Positions 25,239 through 32,000 of a stretch of 32,000 nt of DNA are shown piece by piece (positions within the stretch are counted from its first letter, which is position 1; each line of letters opens with the position of its first letter). The notes beneath the pieces are model-generated. The model was not told where the DNA came from, ran no database searches, and worked only from the letters and a program-made list of their open reading frames with translations. The DNA is from Candidatus Electrothrix yaqonensis (GTDB lineage Bacteria > Desulfobacterota > Desulfobulbia > Desulfobulbales > Desulfobulbaceae): positions 1,560,001 through 1,592,000 of the forward strand of contig CP178758.1 in the NCBI GenBank assembly GCA_047651235.1, read 5' to 3'. The translations under genes were made by a program, and so were the position numbers.

Positions 25239-25524
25239 AAGTTAAGAAGAGCCGCCGGTAAGCCGGTAATTCTGATCAGTGAACGCCAGTTTCCCGGCAG
25301 AAACAGCCTGCAAGGGAACGTAGCATAAACAGGAAGAAATTTAAACTCCTTCGCACAGGGCAGGGCTGCTTTCCTGCTGTTCAGATATTTTTTCCCTTAT
25401 TGCCGTGAACTTTTACAAAAAATGGAGTAGACTGTCTGGTAATTTGTCTGCCTGCGGAATGGATAATTGCTCGGTAAAATTTTCGGCGCCTGCCCTGCAG
25501 GTACCCTGTATGTACTATGCTACG

Positions 25525-26487
25525 ATGAGTGAGGAAAAGATAGAAAATCAACAGGGTCAGCAGTATCCTCTGGTGACAGTCTCCACTGACGAGAACCTGC
25601 CAGCGGTCAGCAATCCCGCTCTGCATCGGTATCTGCAGGAGATCAGTCAGTATGAGCTGCTCAGCCGGGAAGAGACCGAAGAGTTAGCTATTCGGTTCAA
25701 GGAAAACGGCGATCCTGATGCAGCCTACCGGCTGGTTTCGTCCAACCTGCGGCTGGTGGTCAAGGTGGCGATGGACTTCCAGAAATACTGGATGCAGAAT
25801 TTTATGGACCTGATCCAGGAGGGCAATGTCGGTCTGGTCCAGGCAACCAAGAAGTTTGATCCCTACCGGGGGGTCAAGTTTTCCTATTATGCTGCCTACT
25901 GGATCCGTGCCTATATTCTTAAATTCATTATGGATAACTGGCGTTTGGTCAAGATCGGCACCACTCAGGCCCAGCGCAAACTCTTTTTCAGCCTGAATAA
26001 GGAGAAGAAACTGCTTGAGGCCCAGGGGTTCAAGCCGGATGTCAAGCTGCTGGCGGAACGGCTCAATGTCAAGGAGAGTGAAGTCGTTGAAATGGGCCAG
26101 CGTATGGACGGCTGGGATCTTTCCCTGGAGGCCCCGGTGCGCAATGATTCTGAAGATGAGCAGAAGAGCTTCCTTCCCCACGGCGGCCCGACTATTGAGG
26201 ATATCGTTGCCGGGGAGGAAGTACGGGACCGGATTGCCGGAATTCTGACCGGGATCGACGGTACTCTGAATGACAAGGAGAAATTTATTTTGACCTACCG
26301 CCTGCTCAATGACGAGCCTGAGACTCTGCAGGCTATCGCCGATCATTTCGGCATCTCGCGGGAGCGGGTCAGGCAGATCGAGGCGAACCTACTCAAGAAG
26401 CTGAGAGGTGTGTTTGAAAAGGAACTGCCGGATATTCAGGATGTGATCGGTTCGGAGCGGATCGTGCCTGCGACCAGGGTCGAGTAG
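25525..26487 (+). CDS. rpoH: RNA polymerase sigma factor, RpoH (sigma-32)-like
   Basis: Region 2 reads NLRLVVKVAMDF...DLIQEGNVGLVQATKKFDPYRGVKFSYYAAYWIRAYI. An RpoH-box-like sequence is TTQAQRKLFFSLNKEKK. The region 4 HTH is LQAIADHFGISRERVRQIE. The start is set at MSEEKIEN (25525), and the track start at 25405 is less plausible. Confidence 0.8.
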   Translation: MSEEKIENQQGQQYPLVTVSTDENLPAVSNPALHRYLQEISQYELLSREETEELAIRFKENGDPDAAYRLVSSNLRLVVKVAMDFQKYWMQNFMDLIQEGNVGLVQATKKFDPYRGVKFSYYAAYWIRAYILKFIMDNWRLVKIGTTQAQRKLFFSLNKEKKLLEAQGFKPDVKLLAERLNVKESEVVEMGQRMDGWDLSLEAPVRNDSEDEQKSFLPHGGPTIEDIVAGEEVRDRIAGILTGIDGTLNDKEKFILTYRLLNDEPETLQAIADHFGISRERVRQIEANLLKKLRGVFEKELPDIQDVIGSERIVPATRVE

Positions 26488-26553
26488 AACGTAATAACAG
26501 AAAGTAAAAACTGCTGCACAGGAGATTGCTCTTGCAGCCTGGAGTTTTGCAAA

Positions 26554-27750
26554 ATGAACGTACCTCTTCTGGATCTGCAGCCGCAGACCGTATTTTTTCG
26601 AGAACAGATCATCAGGGAAATAACCGGAGTTGTTGACTCAGCCCGGTATATCCTCGGTCCCAAGGTAACCAAGCTGGAACAGGAGATTGCCGAGTACAGT
26701 GGCGCAGCAGCGGCCATCGGGGTCTCCAGCGGCACGGATGCCCTGCTCGCCTCTCTGATGGCCTTGGAACTGCAGCCCGGTGATCAGGTGCTGACCACGC
26801 CGTACACCTTTTTCGCCACAATGGGTTCAATTATCCGGGCTGGGGCCATGCCGGTTTTTGCTGATGTGGATGAGCGTACTCTGAACCTCGACCCGGAAAA
26901 AGCGGCTGAAGCCCTGGAGGATGATGCGGCAGGGGAGCGGAAAATTAAAGCGATTATGCCCGTGCACCTCTTCGGCCAGTGCGCTGATATGTCGAGCATC
27001 ATGGAGCTTGCCGGGCAGTACGGCATCCCGGTGATTGAAGATGCAGCCCAGGCAATCGGGACGGAATACCCCTTTGTTGAACAGGACGGAGCTGTGATCT
27101 GGAAAAAGGCTGGAACAATGGGGCTTACCGGTTGTTTTTCCTTTTTTCCGTCCAAGAATCTCGGCGGCATGGGCGACGGCGGCATGATCACCACCTGTGA
27201 TGCCGAGTTTGCCGAAACCCTGCGTTGCTTTCGCAATCACGGAGCCAAACCGAAATACTATCACGCCAAAATAGGGGGCAACTTCCGGCTTGATCCGATC
27301 CAGGCGGCTGTGCTCAGTATCAAATTGCCCTATCTTGAACAGTGGCATGCGCAGCGGCGAGAGAACAGTGAGCAATACCGCAAACTTTTTGCCCAGGCCG
27401 GGCTGACCGGGGAGCAGATTGCCCTGCCGGAAGCCGTATACAGTGACGCTCCTGATGCGGACAAACACAATATTCATATCTACAACCAGTTTGTTATCCG
27501 CACCGCACGCCGTGACGCCCTGCGTACATATCTGCAGGAAAAATCCATCGGCTGCGAGGTCTATTACCCTGTCTGTCTGCATAAGCAGGAATGCCTGCAG
27601 CGGTACGAGGAGTACGGGTATACTGCCCAGTCCTTTCCCGTGGCGGAGCAGGCAAGCAGAGATTCTCTGGCCCTGCCGGTCTACCCGGAGCTGAGCGTTG
27701 AACAGCAGGAGTATGTGGTGGAGACCATAGCGGCGTTTTTCCGTTCATGA
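26554..27750 (+). CDS. DegT/DnrJ/EryC1/StrS family PLP-dependent aminotransferase
   Basis: 398 aa. It contains ILGPKVTKLEQEIAEYSGAAAAIGVSSGTDALLASLMAL and a PLP-lysine context, FSFFPSKNLGGMGDGG. Confidence 0.85.
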   Translation: MNVPLLDLQPQTVFFREQIIREITGVVDSARYILGPKVTKLEQEIAEYSGAAAAIGVSSGTDALLASLMALELQPGDQVLTTPYTFFATMGSIIRAGAMPVFADVDERTLNLDPEKAAEALEDDAAGERKIKAIMPVHLFGQCADMSSIMELAGQYGIPVIEDAAQAIGTEYPFVEQDGAVIWKKAGTMGLTGCFSFFPSKNLGGMGDGGMITTCDAEFAETLRCFRNHGAKPKYYHAKIGGNFRLDPIQAAVLSIKLPYLEQWHAQRRENSEQYRKLFAQAGLTGEQIALPEAVYSDAPDADKHNIHIYNQFVIRTARRDALRTYLQEKSIGCEVYYPVCLHKQECLQRYEEYGYTAQSFPVAEQASRDSLALPVYPELSVEQQEYVVETIAAFFRS

Positions 27751-27930
27751 ACGGTTGAAAACGGTTGAAAATCTGCAGGTTCTGCGCCTGCAGTGTGTCC
27801 CGGCTCTCAACACCGGGTGATTTCGATGGTTACCGTATTTTCTGAATACAATCCTCCGTCTTCCGGGGCGGGGGATTTCGTTATTTTTATCGAGTGTACT
27901 TTTTAGCTTAGTTGTTACAGAGGAAAAAAA

Positions 27931-28416
27931 ATGGTTGAACGTATTCCTATGTCCAAAACCGGACATGCGCAATTGAAAGGGGAGCTTGAGCATCTGGAAA
28001 AAGTGGAGCGGCACGAAGTGGTCAACGCCATTGAGACCGCCCGTGCTCACGGCGATCTGAAAGAAAATGCCGAGTACCATGCGGCCAAGGAACGGCAAGG
28101 TATGATTGAAGGCCGGATCATGGAGCTGAAAGACAAGCTGGGCCGGGCCGAGGTGATTGACTGCACAGCGGTTAGCACGGAGCGGGCCGTCTTCGGCACA
28201 GTGGTCACCCTGATGGACATGGACACGGATGAAGAGGTCACCTATCAGCTGCTCGGTCCTGAAGAGGCGAATGTGGACAACGGCTCCATTTCCGTGCTTG
28301 CTCCTCTGGGCCGCTCCATTCTCGGTAAAGAAGTCGGTGATGAGGTAGTGACTAAGACTCCCGGCGGGGTCAGGGAGTTTGAGGTGGTGGATATCCGGCC
28401 GGGCGCCGGGCGCTGA
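27931..28416 (+). CDS. greA: Transcription elongation factor GreA
   Basis: 161 aa. It contains IPMSKTGHAQLKGELEHL...ARAHGDLKENAEYHAAKERQGMIEGRI and a C-terminal FKBP-like domain. Confidence 0.9.
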   Translation: MVERIPMSKTGHAQLKGELEHLEKVERHEVVNAIETARAHGDLKENAEYHAAKERQGMIEGRIMELKDKLGRAEVIDCTAVSTERAVFGTVVTLMDMDTDEEVTYQLLGPEEANVDNGSISVLAPLGRSILGKEVGDEVVTKTPGGVREFEVVDIRPGAGR

Positions 28417-28451
28417 ATACTGAACTCTGAGCGGAACGCGGCGTATTTCTG

Positions 28452-28483
28452 TTGACATCAGCACGGACCTGGTGGTATATAAT
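28452..28483 (+). promoter_or_regulatory. Sigma-70-type promoter upstream of rpsF
   Basis: The -35 element TTGACA lies at 28452-28457. An 18-bp spacer ending in TGg (extended -10) follows. The -10 element is TATATA at 28476-28481, overlapping TATAAT at 28478-28483. This would give a leader of about 70 nt before the rpsF ATG at 28558. Confidence 0.55.
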
Positions 28484-28557
28484 GGGGCTTTACTTATTTC
28501 ACCTTCCCGCTCTCTCTGCACTGTCAGCGAGGGCCATTATGACCGCGAGGAGGAATC

Positions 28558-29079
28558 ATGCGTCATTACGAAACCACGTACATACTCCGTCCGAATCTGG
28601 GCGAAGAGCAGTTTACAGAGATTATTGACCGGACCAATGCGATTGTTCAGGACGCCGGAGGCTCGATCATTGCTGTTGACCGCTGGGGCCTGAAGCGGCT
28701 GGCCTATGAGATCAAGAAGGAGACGCAGGGCTACTATATTTATATGAACTATGCCGCTCCCGGAAGCATTATTCAGGAAATGGAACGCATTTTCCGGATT
28801 GATGACCGGGTGCTCCGCTATCTGACCGTCAAGCTGGCCAAAGAAATAGATGCTGCGGGAGTTGATCAGGAGAAGGAGAAAATTGCTGCCAGAGCAGCAG
28901 CTGCAGAGGCGGAAGAAGCTGCCCGCCGGGCCGAGGAGGACGGAGAAGAGCCGAAGGCCGAGGTTGAGGCTGATACTGCAGACTCCGGTGAGCAGTCTGC
29001 ATCGGAGGATGACTCCGGAAAATCCGAAGATAAATCTGAGGAAACTGGGGCAGAACAACAGACCAGCCCGGATGAATAG
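28558..29079 (+). CDS. rpsF: 30S ribosomal protein S6 with a long acidic C-terminal extension
   Basis: The start is MRHYETTYILRPNLGEEQ...DRWGLKRLAYEIKK. The C-terminal 70 aa or so are rich in Ala, Glu and Asp. Confidence 0.9.
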   Translation: MRHYETTYILRPNLGEEQFTEIIDRTNAIVQDAGGSIIAVDRWGLKRLAYEIKKETQGYYIYMNYAAPGSIIQEMERIFRIDDRVLRYLTVKLAKEIDAAGVDQEKEKIAARAAAAEAEEAARRAEEDGEEPKAEVEADTADSGEQSASEDDSGKSEDKSEETGAEQQTSPDE

Positions 29080-29168
29080 TTTCAATTTTTTCTCCCCGTA
29101 CTCCGTCCGTATATTCCGTATCTTGATCAATAAGGTTAACAACGAACAACCGCATAAGGAGAGAGCAT

Positions 29169-29408
29169 ATGCCCCCCCGCAGAAAAGTATTTTACCGCAG
29201 GAAAGTGTGCAGATTCTGCACGGATAAAGAAATAGTGATCGATTATAAGGATGCCGGGACGCTGAAAAATTTTGTGACCGAGCGCGGCAAGATTATTCCC
29301 AAGAGGATTTACGGCACCTGTGCTCCGCATCAGCGCCAGTTGACCGAGGCGATCAAACGGGCACGACATCTTGCCCTGATCCCCTATACCGGGAATATCC
29401 AGTCCTGA
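29169..29408 (+). CDS. rpsR: 30S ribosomal protein S18
   Basis: The translation contains [64 protein letters not shown]. Confidence 0.92.
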   Translation: MPPRRKVFYRRKVCRFCTDKEIVIDYKDAGTLKNFVTERGKIIPKRIYGTCAPHQRQLTEAIKRARHLALIPYTGNIQS

Positions 29409-29509
29409 TTCTGCCCGGTGCTGCGGTGTCCTATCTGCTCAGAACGGACAGGGAGACTGTTATATGTCTCCGGGATCATTCAGCTGCCTTAATGCGGAAA
29501 TAATCCGGT

Positions 29510-30493
29510 ATGGTACGGCATGACAGCGGTCCGCAGCAGACAGCTTTTTTTTCCGCCCAATCTCTGTTTCTGGCAGTGTGTTTTTTTCTGCCTGTTGCTC
29601 TGCCGGCTCTGATCGGATGGCTGAACGGCCTGCTGGCTGTTCCGGTTTTTCTTCTTTTCCGGACAGCCGGAGATGAGCAGAAAGCTGCCCGACAGATACG
29701 GAACGGTCTGCTGGCGGCTGCTGGCGGTGCCCTGCTGCTGCAACGTTTTCCGTTTTTTGTGTTTTCCCTGACGATGCTGCCCCTGGGATACAGTCTGCAT
29801 CGCAGTACTGCGCAACGGCAGATGCCTTCCGAGGCCGGTGCGGCAGGATGTGCTGTATTGACAGGCACCTGGCTGGTCTTCTGGTCAATCTACGGCATTA
29901 TTGCCGGAATGAATCCCTATACCGGACTGCTTGCAGCAATGGACGGTTTTCTGGAGCAGATTATTCTGGTGTATCGGGAACGTGCAGAACTGCCTGCAGA
30001 CCTCCTGTATAATTTTGAGCAGATTATCCGGGCAATGCGTGAACTGCTGCCCAAGGTGCTGCCCGGACTTCTGGGCGGGACAGTCCTGCTCACGGTTTTT
30101 CTGAATATGCTTATCTGCGGCGGTCTGCTGCGCAGATTGGCACCGGAAAAGGTCTGCTGGCCGCCATACAGGAGTTGGCGGCTGCCGGATAAGGCAATCT
30201 GGCTGCTTATTTTTGCCTTTGCCTTGGCCCTTCTCGGTCCGGGCAGGCTGCGGGAAGCAGGCTACTGTCTGGTCATTATTGCCGTGCTGCTGTATTTTTT
30301 TCAGGGAGCCGCTGTTTTTGTTCATCTCCTGCACCGCTGGAATATACCGCGTTTTTTCCGTTTTCTGCTCTATGGTATTGTTGCCCTGCAGAGCTACGGG
30401 ATGCTTCTGCTTGCTGTTGCCGGAGTCGCTGATGTCTGGGCTGATTTCCGCAAACTGGATCGGGAAACTCAGGAAGAAGATCATTCAGATTAA
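29510..30493 (+). CDS. DUF2232 (YybS-like) polytopic membrane protein
   Basis: The 327-aa protein has multiple hydrophobic helices. It sits between rpsR and rplI, the conserved position of yybS-like genes. Confidence 0.6.
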   Translation: MVRHDSGPQQTAFFSAQSLFLAVCFFLPVALPALIGWLNGLLAVPVFLLFRTAGDEQKAARQIRNGLLAAAGGALLLQRFPFFVFSLTMLPLGYSLHRSTAQRQMPSEAGAAGCAVLTGTWLVFWSIYGIIAGMNPYTGLLAAMDGFLEQIILVYRERAELPADLLYNFEQIIRAMRELLPKVLPGLLGGTVLLTVFLNMLICGGLLRRLAPEKVCWPPYRSWRLPDKAIWLLIFAFALALLGPGRLREAGYCLVIIAVLLYFFQGAAVFVHLLHRWNIPRFFRFLLYGIVALQSYGMLLLAVAGVADVWADFRKLDRETQEEDHSD

Positions 30494-30528
30494 TTCTGTA
30501 TTATTTTTTATAAAATTGGTGAGGATCA

Positions 30529-30990
30529 ATGGAAGTTATACTGAAAAGAACGATCGACACGCTCGGACGTGAAGGTGAGATTGTCAATGTAAAGCCGGGA
30601 TATGCCCGCAACTACCTTATTCCGCAGAACATGGCTTCTTCTGTGAACAAGGCCAGTCTGGCCCGTCTGCAGAGAGAGCAGGAAACCATTGCCAAGCGCC
30701 GGGAAGAGGAGAAAAAGAGCGCGGAAAAACTTGCAGCGCAGCTTGAGAACGCGACTGTGGTGATTCCCCGGAAAGTGGGCCGGGAAGGACGGCTCTTCGG
30801 CTCTGTGAACAGTTCGGATATCGCTGACCGGCTGGCGGAACAGGGCGTAACGCTTGACCGGCGGGCTATCATGCTGGCCGACCCCATCAAGACAATCGGA
30901 GAATCCAGGGTAACGATCAAGGTCGGCTACCAGATGACCACAGAGATTACTGTTCAGGTCGCTCCGGAAACAGTGACTGAAGAGCAGTAA
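30529..30990 (+). CDS. rplI: 50S ribosomal protein L9
   Basis: The start is MEVILKRTIDTLGREGEIVNVKPGYARNYLIPQNMA. Confidence 0.92.
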   Translation: MEVILKRTIDTLGREGEIVNVKPGYARNYLIPQNMASSVNKASLARLQREQETIAKRREEEKKSAEKLAAQLENATVVIPRKVGREGRLFGSVNSSDIADRLAEQGVTLDRRAIMLADPIKTIGESRVTIKVGYQMTTEITVQVAPETVTEEQ

Positions 30991-31035
30991 GCTTTTTTGT
31001 CCGGCTTCGCGGTCGGTTCTGCCGCCCGCCCGCAT

Positions 31036-31066
31036 CATGCTGCTGCTCTTTCCTGACAGCAGCATG
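31036..31066 (+). terminator. Hairpin between rplI and dnaB; possible terminator or attenuator
   Basis: A perfect 10-bp inverted repeat, catgctgctg / cagcagcatg, has an 11-nt loop. The tail ACCTTTACGTCTGTT is only partly U-rich. Confidence 0.35.
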
Positions 31067-31139
31067 ACCTTTACGTCTGTTCGTCACCGTCTGCCTTTCA
31101 GCCTTCGCAGGTATTCTTTTCTTATGGCAGCGTTCCGGC

Positions 31140-32000
31140 ATGTCTGATCGTACGTTCCCCCCTCCGTCCGGAGACAGCTCATTCCCTGCCACTGCTCATG
31201 CACATCAGATGCTTCCGCCGCAGAATGTGGAAGCGGAACAGGCTCTTCTCGGCACTATCCTGATTCAGGACAAGTCGCTGCTGAGCGTTGTTGAGCTGCT
31301 CTCCCCTGAGGATTTTTATCGCGATGCCCACAAGGTTATCTTTGAAGCCCTGGTTTCTCTGTTTGACCGGCGAGAGCCTCATGACCTGATCACGGTGACC
31401 AGCCTGCTGCGCGACCGGAACAAGCTGGAACAGGTCGGCGGAGCAGCCTATCTGACCTCGCTCACCGATGTGATTCCGTTTACCGGGATGCTGGTCCATC
31501 ACGCGAGGATTATCCGCGAAAAGGCCATCCTGCGCAAACTGATTCAGACCAGTAACGAGGTGGCAGCCCGTTGCTACGATGCCCAAGATGATCTTGAGAG
31601 CCTGGTGGACAGGGCAGAGCAGACGATTTTTGAAATCGCGCAGGCCCGGAAAAAGCAGGGCTTTGAACCCATGTCCCGCATTATTCCCAAAGCCTTTGAC
31701 CGGGTGACCCGGCTTGCTGAACGGAAAGAGCATATCACCGGGATTTCCACAGGATACGACGAGCTGGATCGGATGACCGCTGGCCTGCAGCCGTCTGATC
31801 TTATTATACTTGCCGGAAGACCCTCAATGGGAAAGACCGCACTGGGAATGAATATGGTCCAGCACGCTGCGCTGATCAATAAAGTGCCGGTGGCGGTGTT
31901 CAGTCTGGAGATGTCTATGGAACAGCTCGCCCTGCGTATGCTTTGTTCTGTGGGCCGGGTTGATTCCCAGCGTATCCGCACCGGGCATCTGCAGGAAAAT
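31140..32000 (+). CDS. dnaB: Replicative DNA helicase DnaB; N-terminal 287 codons, continuing past the window end
   Basis: From the ATG at 31140, my translation is MSDRTFPPPSGD...MLPPQNVEAEQALLGTILIQDKSLL...GISTGYDELDRMTAGLQPSDLIILAGRPSMGKTALGMN. This covers the DnaB N-terminal domain and Walker A. The frame stays open to position 32000. Confidence 0.9.
   Translation, partial: MSDRTFPPPSGDSSFPATAHAHQMLPPQNVEAEQALLGTILIQDKSLLSVVELLSPEDFYRDAHKVIFEALVSLFDRREPHDLITVTSLLRDRNKLEQVGGAAYLTSLTDVIPFTGMLVHHARIIREKAILRKLIQTSNEVAARCYDAQDDLESLVDRAEQTIFEIAQARKKQGFEPMSRIIPKAFDRVTRLAERKEHITGISTGYDELDRMTAGLQPSDLIILAGRPSMGKTALGMNMVQHAALINKVPVAVFSLEMSMEQLALRMLCSVGRVDSQRIRTGHLQEN

Noticed and set aside
27741-27817. 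Palindrome ccgttcatgaacgg across the degT stop, tandem 10-mer acggttgaaa x2, and two short hairpins (ctgcagg/cctgcag at 27773-27793; cccgg/ccggg at 27799-27817).
   Set aside because: The stems are short and lack a convincing U-tract. They may contribute to termination after degT, but the evidence is too weak to call a terminator or a repeat element.
25684-31733. Minus-strand ORFs overlapping rpoH, degT, greA, rpsF, DUF2232, rplI and dnaB (25684..26346, 26827..27582, 27745..28521, 28537..29142, 29885..30484, 30526..31065, 31179..31733).
   Set aside because: Each lies antisense to a plus-strand gene with strong family signatures, and none has a recognisable motif.

Overview
This 32-kb window looks like chromosomal DNA from a Gram-negative bacterium. 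It may be a Desulfobacterota-type organism, but taxonomy cannot be verified from the sequence alone.

Both ends carry recognisable housekeeping genes. The left end has a fused secDF (open at the window edge), larB, a large Cache/HisKA/REC/Hpt hybrid sensor kinase and a convergent stand-alone Hpt protein. The right end has lepA, a PIN/antitoxin pair, an rpoH-like sigma factor, a DegT-family aminotransferase, greA, rpsF-rpsR-DUF2232-rplI and the 5' part of dnaB.

Between about 7.5 and 22.7 kb lies an accessory region encoded entirely on the minus strand, with visibly AT-richer patches. I saw no integrase, transposase, tRNA or CRISPR array in it. It contains two notable blocks.

(a) Peptidoglycan-enzyme block. 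It holds a YkuD-like protein and two paralogous proteins that share a duplicated N-terminal peptidoglycan-binding-like module. One of these carries a papain/NlpC-P60-like C-terminus and the other an intact CE4 (NodB) deacetylase. A small BamE-like lipoprotein lies between them. None of the three enzymes has a signal peptide.

(b) Candidate NTP-dependent conflict (defence) operon at 13856-22173, the most interesting region. Its gene order is: a small Trypco-like protein; a nested VapBC toxin-antitoxin pair; a trypsin-like protease fused to a SIR2-like domain whose canonical catalytic residues appear substituted; a 1077-aa STAND NTPase with a mid-protein hydrophobic helix and HEAT repeats; a 568-aa phage tail-collar-domain protein; and a 173-aa protein of unknown function.

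A trpB 3' remnant fused to a small ORF marks a rearrangement scar at the lepA-proximal edge of the region. All functional calls come from reading motifs in the supplied translations or in my own translations. No database search was possible.
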